Shown: in pieces, positions 26,122 through 32,000 of the stretch
How positions within the stretch are numbered: the stretch's first letter is position 1
Layout: the number at the start of each line of letters is the position of its first letter
NCBI GenBank assembly: GCA_038858525.1
Contig: JAWCFL010000004.1
Location: 30,001 to 62,000, forward strand
Direction: 5' to 3'
Length of the DNA: 32,000 bases
Source: Candidatus Jordarchaeales archaeon
GTDB lineage: Archaea > Asgardarchaeota > Jordiarchaeia > Jordiarchaeales > Freyrarchaeaceae
Position numbers and translations under genes: made by a program
Notes under the pieces: model-generated
Databases searched by the model: none
What the model was told of the DNA's origin: nothing
Seen by the model: the letters and a program-made list of their open reading frames with translations, nothing else

Positions 26122-26949
26122 TCACTCTTCTAGTAACGCCTTGAACTCCTCCAGTTTCTTAACAACTGTTCTACGGGTTGAACGCGTAAGATCCCAAAGG
26201 TTTTCCTCAATTTCTTCTATTATCTCTCGAGCAGCCTCCCGGTCTCCCTCCTCTACGTAGATATGGGCCGCCTTCAAGTAATTGTCGATCATTCTGCGCA
26301 TGTCACCCTTGTCGCCGTAAGCGTCACCAATCCGCTTAATTAGGTATGCACTTGTCAGTTTGTCCCCCACCTTTTCAAGGAGCTTCAGCGCCTTCTGGTA
26401 ATGTTCAATAGCCTTGTCAACATCCTCCAACCTATAATGCGCCTCACCTATGTCTAGAAGGACGCTGCTCGCGGCATCATCATTTCCCTCCTCATTATAA
26501 ATGCTAAGTGCCTCTTGAAGGTATCCGATTCCCTTTTCTATATCCGCCTTTCCAATATAGACTAACCCTAAAGCGTAAGCCGCGTCTGCGACCCCCTCCT
26601 TTAACTTCTTCCTTCGATAGGTTTCAATTGCCTTCGCTCCATACTTTTCCGCTTCATCATACTCGCCCATTTCGAGATAGGTGACGCAAAGATTATATGC
26701 AGCATCAGCAGCACCGTCCTCGTTCCCCCTCTCCTCATAAAAACTCAAGCTCTTCTTGTAAAACTCAAGAGCCTTCTCGAGCTCTCCATGCCTAGTATAG
26801 AAGAGACCTACCTCCAAGTAGGTTTCACCAAGAAAATCGCTCCTCCCTCTTTCAGCTTCATTTACAGCTTCCACGTATTTTTCCTCTGCCTCATCAAGTA
26901 GCCCTTCCTCTTCAAGCTCTCTCGCTTTCCGAAGAATTTCCTCTGCCAT
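26122..26949 (-). CDS. Tetratricopeptide repeat protein
   Basis: About 40-aa repeats such as A..LG..Y...G..EKA..YY.KAL across the whole 275 aa. Confidence 0.88.
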   Translation of the reverse strand: MAEEILRKARELEEEGLLDEAEEKYVEAVNEAERGRSDFLGETYLEVGLFYTRHGELEKALEFYKKSLSFYEERGNEDGAADAAYNLCVTYLEMGEYDEAEKYGAKAIETYRRKKLKEGVADAAYALGLVYIGKADIEKGIGYLQEALSIYNEEGNDDAASSVLLDIGEAHYRLEDVDKAIEHYQKALKLLEKVGDKLTSAYLIKRIGDAYGDKGDMRRMIDNYLKAAHIYVEEGDREAAREIIEEIEENLWDLTRSTRRTVVKKLEEFKALLEE

Positions 26950-27188
26950 TACCGCTCCCCTTTCCTATGACAACTCTAAATATACGCTCCTTCCATTTTT
27001 CGGATCATATCGCCTTTTTTACTTTTTTGGTCTTCCGTTCATAAGCAACTCTACTGATCATAATTCATCCATTCTTCAACACAAATCCTCGTATTTCCTC
27101 CAGAAACACCCTTTTCCTCATACCAAAAAGCGGTTAGGGCAACCTTCTTCTAAAGATGTTGCCGCGTCAGTGCCCGTATTACGTTCTT

Positions 27189-27584
27189 TTAAGGAAGTCC
27201 ACCGACCCTTCGAAGTATTTCGTCAAGCTTGTCTAGGCGTCTTCTCTTGTTATACCTCACGATTACCTCGTTAACCTTTTTGGCTAGTTCTTCCTTGCCC
27301 TCAGCTGTCAGGCATGCCTCCTCTAATTCATCAAAAACATCATCCACTTTCTCCCCCTCACTCACATAAAGTATGAAATACCCCTCCCCTATTGCCTTGT
27401 ACACAAAGGTTTTGTCCTCAAGGATTATCCATGACGTTTCCTCCCCTGAAACGTCCTTGGTGAACGTTTTAATCGCTGCTAAGAGGCCGCTCACCATTTT
27501 ATAATTATCTTTTATTTCTCCCTCATAAGAATTGAAGAAAATGTTTTTTCCGTCCTTATCCATGATCCATAAAGCATATATCAC
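27189..27584 (-). CDS. Longin-like domain protein
   Basis: MIYALWIMDKDGKNIF..., MVSGLLAAIKTF and beta-strands IILEDKTFVY/YFILY match the longin (sigma/mu-adaptin, sedlin-like) pattern. GTG start lies 3 nt after the upstream stop. Confidence 0.72.
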   Translation of the reverse strand: MIYALWIMDKDGKNIFFNSYEGEIKDNYKMVSGLLAAIKTFTKDVSGEETSWIILEDKTFVYKAIGEGYFILYVSEGEKVDDVFDELEEACLTAEGKEELAKKVNEVIVRYNKRRRLDKLDEILRRVGGLP

Positions 27585-27587
27585 TCT

Positions 27588-30500
27588 CTACCCCTCACCG
27601 ATCAGTATCCGGATTGGGTTTGGCTTAAAATATCTTTTCCTGTTTTTGTTATCCCTGAAAATTACCATGGGCTGATATTCCACTTCTTGCTCCTTCTCCG
27701 CCACGATTTTTATCTCTAAGCTAATCTTTTCCCAAGAGGCTAGCTCTCTCCTAATCACCATGTCGCCATCTTTAACTGTTTCCGCTTTGCCCATAAACTT
27801 GAAACCTTGCGGGACAGCATTTTCCAATCTCTCTATAATAGCGTTCGCGTCTCCGATGTTCGTCAGCTCAATCTTTACTGTGATCCTGTCTCCTACTTTG
27901 AAAAGGCTCCTATCCGCCGGCTCGTTAACCCTCACGACAACGAATCCATCTCTTAAATTCTCCATATCCTCCCTGGAAACTCCCTCACCAAGAACGGCCT
28001 CTAAGTATCTTCTCCTTGCCTCTTGCTCCCTTAACTTCTGAATTTTTTCTTCAACTTCCCTTTCAAGCCCAATGTAGCCTGCATCCGAAAACTTCTCCTT
28101 AGCTTTGTTATAGCTCTCTTCGGCAAGCGCATAATATTTCTCAGCGGCTTCACCCGCGCTCTCTAACTTCTTAATGTATCTCTCTCCATCAAGGAGATAC
28201 CCTAATCCCTCAACATACTTGGCATAATTGCTCAGTCCAGCTTCTACAAAGAACTTTAAGCTTCTCTCGAGATGCATTCTAGCCTCAATGTAACTGTCCT
28301 CCTTTTCTTCCTCTCCTTCAATATACTCCAGAAACTTACGCCACCCATAGCATAAATCAGTAAACCCGAAAGCCGCATTTTTCATCTTGTCAGTTACAAG
28401 TATCTTGGTGCTTTCATTGAAGAGACTTGCAGCCTCCAAGAACTCATCATGGGCCCCTAGCTGGCCCCTGATAAACCGCTCCAAGCCTTGCGCGAAAAGC
28501 ACATAGCCATTCGCTTTCTCCCAGTCTCCCTCCCCAAGCTTTGCCGCCTCCCCCAATGCCTTCGCAGCCATAGAAAACTTAACGAGTGCAGGCGAATACG
28601 CTCCCTCGGCATACAAAGCCAACCCCTCCTCCAAGTGCTCCTTTCCTCTACATAGCCTCAAGAGCGCCTCGGCTTTTTTATCGCCCCCCATCTCTCTTAA
28701 CGCTTTAAGTCGTTCGCTTGCCGTCTTCAACCGCTCTAACGCCTCACGCGGCTTATCCATGCTTACATCCTCTGCCTCTAGAAACTCGCTTAAGGACTGA
28801 TAGAACATGGCCTCATGCTTGTTCTCCTTTAGCAACAGCTCGCCTCCTTTCCTAAAATAGGATGCAGCCTCGGAAAGTCGGCTTTTCAGCAGCTCCTTGC
28901 CCTTCTCAATGCTGATCCTCGCCTCAACACTTTTCATTCTCTCCTTTATGTCTTCTTCTTCTCTCCCCTCAATCATTATTTTGTTAAACCTTTCAAGAGC
29001 CTGAATGTAGTATTCTGATGCTTGTGCGTAGTTGCCTTTTTCGTCCTCAAGCTCCGCCAACTTGACTAGTGCCTCCCCCTCCATTTCCTTCCAGTCCATG
29101 CTTGACGCTACTCTCACAGCCTCCAAATATTCCTGCCGAGCTCTTAAGTAGCCTTCCCCCCCTTTCTCTCGCCTCCATATTTCTCTCTGAATGTTCCCTG
29201 AAAGAATAAATGACCCAGCAGCGCCTACCAGGTCCTCGGCCGAAATAAAGCTTTCACGCGCCTTTTTAGCCACTTCTCCAGCCTTCTCAAACGCGCCTGC
29301 CTGCCCGCACTTACCGAGCATGTAATATGTTTCAGCTAAACAGTACAAGTAATCTCCCCTTCTCAGTCTCTCCTCCTCGTACTCCAGCGCCACTTCACCA
29401 TATTCTACAGCCTTCTCTAAGAGCTCTCTTCTCCTTCCCTCATCCACCTCCGCCTCAGCTGCAGCTGCCAAGTAACTAGCCACACTACCATAAAACTCGC
29501 CGATAAACGCCTCCTCAGGTACCTTTCTCACTTCATCCAAAGCTTCCCTGCTATAGGAAGCCCCATCCCTAATCAACCTAATCTTCAACGCATCGTTCTC
29601 AACCAATTTAATATACTCTGATATCACTCTTGCCATCATGATAAGAACCTTTATATTGACATCACTCTTCATCTGGGCTCTCGCATACATGTACGCTTTT
29701 TTCAGTGCCTCATAGCATTCCTCCAACCTTTCTCTCTTCCTCCTGTTTGACAAAGTTATTTTAAAGGCTTCATAGCATGCCTTTGACAAGAGAAAATACG
29801 CATCTGCTGCTAAGCCACAGTCCCCCACCTCCTCAAGTCCCTTAGCCGCCTCCCTAGCATTGCTCAAGGCGTCATATGTTCTTCGTTGCCTCTCAGCGAA
29901 AAATCTCTCTCTTACAGCTGAATACAGCTCTAACAGTGTAAGATTATACTTATGAATCATCCTGCACCGTTCCTCCCTAGGCTCAGCAGTTAAGCCTTTC
30001 AATTGAAGTGGCGCACCCCGCTCCTCTAAGGCAAGCATCACGTCGCACAGTTCCCTCATCATTTCAAGGCAAAGGTAATGGCGAGGCCGCCTCGCCGCCT
30101 CAAAAAACCTCCCAGCTTTACTAAAGCTCTCAGCGGCTTTTCGCAGCACATTTAGTGCCTCCTCCCCCCTAAACCACGAGGCACTCCTCACACATGCAAT
30201 TCCGATCCAGAAAAGGAGAAGCCCTGCTTTCTCGCTCTCCTCAAGTCTCTCCAACCACTCAACACAAGTCTCTCCTTCCTTTATAACTTTCATACACGAA
30301 TCTTTTTTAGCTGGAAGATTCTCCTCCAAAAGGACTCTTAAAGCATTAATGAAATTCACGTAATAACTTATCCATACATCCCTCTCCACTCCCCTCAACG
30401 TGTAATCCTTAATGTAACCCTTTCTAACTTCATTGATCACTTCTATAGCCTCCTCGATCAAGCCTCTAAACCTATCCGCAGCCCGCTCAGACAACGCCTG

Positions 30501-30725
30501 AAAAGCTATGCAGTGTCCTCTAAGTAACTCAGAATTAACAAAAGCGCCCCTCTCACCAAGGGAAGCGTATATGTCACTCGCCTCCTTAAACCTCTTACCA
30601 GCCTCCCTAACATCACCCCTCCCCTCCGCCTCCACTCCTCTACCGAACAGCTTTTCAGCCTTCTCCAAAGAACGCTTAGTCCTATTATCACCCCTAGCCC
30701 CGCGCATCATAACTGTACCCTCCAT
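27588..30725 (-). CDS. Large alpha-solenoid (TPR-like) protein with C-terminal Ig-like beta-sandwich
   Basis: About 920 aa of Ala/Glu/Tyr-rich helical repeats, then VGDRITVKIELTNIGD...ENAVPQGF...YQPMVIFRD (DUF11/BatD-like strands). Confidence 0.8.
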   Translation of the reverse strand: MEGTVMMRGARGDNRTKRSLEKAEKLFGRGVEAEGRGDVREAGKRFKEASDIYASLGERGAFVNSELLRGHCIAFQALSERAADRFRGLIEEAIEVINEVRKGYIKDYTLRGVERDVWISYYVNFINALRVLLEENLPAKKDSCMKVIKEGETCVEWLERLEESEKAGLLLFWIGIACVRSASWFRGEEALNVLRKAAESFSKAGRFFEAARRPRHYLCLEMMRELCDVMLALEERGAPLQLKGLTAEPREERCRMIHKYNLTLLELYSAVRERFFAERQRRTYDALSNAREAAKGLEEVGDCGLAADAYFLLSKACYEAFKITLSNRRKRERLEECYEALKKAYMYARAQMKSDVNIKVLIMMARVISEYIKLVENDALKIRLIRDGASYSREALDEVRKVPEEAFIGEFYGSVASYLAAAAEAEVDEGRRRELLEKAVEYGEVALEYEEERLRRGDYLYCLAETYYMLGKCGQAGAFEKAGEVAKKARESFISAEDLVGAAGSFILSGNIQREIWRREKGGEGYLRARQEYLEAVRVASSMDWKEMEGEALVKLAELEDEKGNYAQASEYYIQALERFNKIMIEGREEEDIKERMKSVEARISIEKGKELLKSRLSEAASYFRKGGELLLKENKHEAMFYQSLSEFLEAEDVSMDKPREALERLKTASERLKALREMGGDKKAEALLRLCRGKEHLEEGLALYAEGAYSPALVKFSMAAKALGEAAKLGEGDWEKANGYVLFAQGLERFIRGQLGAHDEFLEAASLFNESTKILVTDKMKNAAFGFTDLCYGWRKFLEYIEGEEEKEDSYIEARMHLERSLKFFVEAGLSNYAKYVEGLGYLLDGERYIKKLESAGEAAEKYYALAEESYNKAKEKFSDAGYIGLEREVEEKIQKLREQEARRRYLEAVLGEGVSREDMENLRDGFVVVRVNEPADRSLFKVGDRITVKIELTNIGDANAIIERLENAVPQGFKFMGKAETVKDGDMVIRRELASWEKISLEIKIVAEKEQEVEYQPMVIFRDNKNRKRYFKPNPIRILIGEG

Positions 30726-30929
30726 TAATAATACAAACCTTCCTTTCCCCCAAATAACTTCTCCCCATGTTCATTTTTAAACGAAATTCGACAGTTTAAT
30801 CTTACATCCAAAACCAATTTCGATACTTGAAATGTTAAACTGATAAACTGTTCGGCAATTTTCTCTCTCATAGAATTTAAGGAAAACCATTTTTAATATT
30901 TCCTCTCTCTTTCTTTTATCTCGGGGGAA

Positions 30930-31352
30930 TTGTTATTGTCAAAGAGACGTAGACCAAACTCAAACATTAGTAGCGCCGGACGCTGGCTTATGATAGGTAG
31001 TGAAATACCCATAATGGTTGTTGCGGGGGCTTACATAGGACGCTACATAGGAGAACAGATTCCTTGGATTGCGCCGTTCTCCATAATAATTGGCGCATTT
31101 CTGGGTTTCGGCGTTGGGGTATACAACACCTACAAGGTCATCCAAGTCCTAGAAAGAAGAGAAAAACTCAGCGGGGAGACCTCTGTTGAAAGGTCATCAG
31201 TTAAGGAAGAACTCATCGAGAAAAAAGCTGGTAGGCGAAGAGGAAGTGCCTCGAACGAGATACTCGAATTGTTAAAAAAGCAACGAGAAGCTGAAGATCC
31301 ACGCAGAAGCCAGGCGCCGCCTTTAAGCGGTTTTTCCCCAGAAGATGAATAA
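30930..31352 (+). CDS. AtpZ/AtpI (ATPase_gene1)-like two-TM protein
   Basis: IG.EI..MVVAGAYIGRYI......FSIIIGAFLGFGVGVYN.YK, followed by a charged tail; directly upstream of an ATPase subunit. Confidence 0.75.
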   Translation: MLLSKRRRPNSNISSAGRWLMIGSEIPIMVVAGAYIGRYIGEQIPWIAPFSIIIGAFLGFGVGVYNTYKVIQVLERREKLSGETSVERSSVKEELIEKKAGRRRGSASNEILELLKKQREAEDPRRSQAPPLSGFSPEDE

Positions 31353-31431
31353 AAATTTTTTTAAGAGTTGGCTGGCTAATTGAAGCTGGATTCCTAGGCG
31401 GTCGTTGCCTTACCAGGAGACGGTGATTAGT

Positions 31432-32000
31432 ATGTCTTTCCTGAAGGGTCCAAGAAACTACGCATTCATAAATGCTAGGGTGAGGGGCATTAGATCAAAA
31501 ATGCTCACCATTTCTCAGTACGAGAAACTTATTCAAGCATCGGACTTGGACGAAGCTGTGAGGCTTCTAAGCGCAACCCCTTACTGGGACGAGTTGTCGA
31601 AGGTTCTCTCGCAGCCTCCAATAGACATGGAGGAAGTAGATGCAATGCTAAGACAGATATACGCAAAGGAAGTAAAATCATTAGCGAAAAGTTTACCTAA
31701 AAAAGTTAGCGAATTTGTTCTGAAGTATCTGAAGGGAGCCTACTATTATAGCAACATAAAAACAATAATAAAAATCATACACAGCGGTGAGCCGAGAGAC
31801 CATATCAGAAAACACCTCGTCGCCTTAACGCTGGAAGAGGGCGAAGAGTACGATCACCTCCTAGCAGCGCAAAACGTTCCTCAACTCGTAGATAGGATTC
31901 CCGACCCCCGCCTCCGACGCCGCCTCCAAGAGGCACTTCAAAAGTATGAAGCAACGGGGTCGACGATGCCATTTGAAGCAGAACTTAACAAGTACTTCTT
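31432..32000 (+). CDS. ntpC: A/V-type ATP synthase subunit C (AhaC/NtpC; Vo subunit d homolog), partial
   Basis: Manual translation MSFLKGPRNYAFINARVRGIRSKMLTISQYEKLIQASDLDEAVRLLSATPY..., matching the Y.Y.NAR+R.M.S.LL motif; open to the window end; SD GGAGACGGTG. Confidence 0.9.
   Translation, partial: MSFLKGPRNYAFINARVRGIRSKMLTISQYEKLIQASDLDEAVRLLSATPYWDELSKVLSQPPIDMEEVDAMLRQIYAKEVKSLAKSLPKKVSEFVLKYLKGAYYYSNIKTIIKIIHSGEPRDHIRKHLVALTLEEGEEYDHLLAAQNVPQLVDRIPDPRLRRRLQEALQKYEATGSTMPFEAELNKYF

Overview
Window from an archaeon, probably a thermophile of the Asgard group (inferred from a longin-like protein, an MBTPS1/S1P-like protein, archaeal-type TPI, NikR and A/V-ATPase; not verified). It is mostly chromosomal housekeeping and energy genes: tpiA, DUF89 phosphatase, argS, HDAC-family deacetylase, AOR, a stand-alone nuoJ(split)-K-L-M-N membrane arm, nikR, a TtuA/Ncs6 thiolase and the start of an A/V-ATPase operon. 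No mobile element or CRISPR array was seen. The main result is three tRNA genes hidden under spurious ORFs, reconstructed by hand with bulge-helix-bulge (BHB) motifs: tRNA-Arg(CCG) with 3 introns, tRNA-Ala(CGC) with 3 introns including a 5-nt exon, and tRNA-Arg(GCG) with 5 introns. Five is more than the three I recall being described for archaeal tRNAs. Other points of interest: several intact ORFs that have lost catalytic residues (LarA-like, M24-like, S8/S1P-like, variant AOR), a CCDC53/WASH-like coiled-coil plus Pro-rich protein, and a solenoid-Ig/longin/TPR cluster. All homology calls come from recalled motifs, not from database searches.
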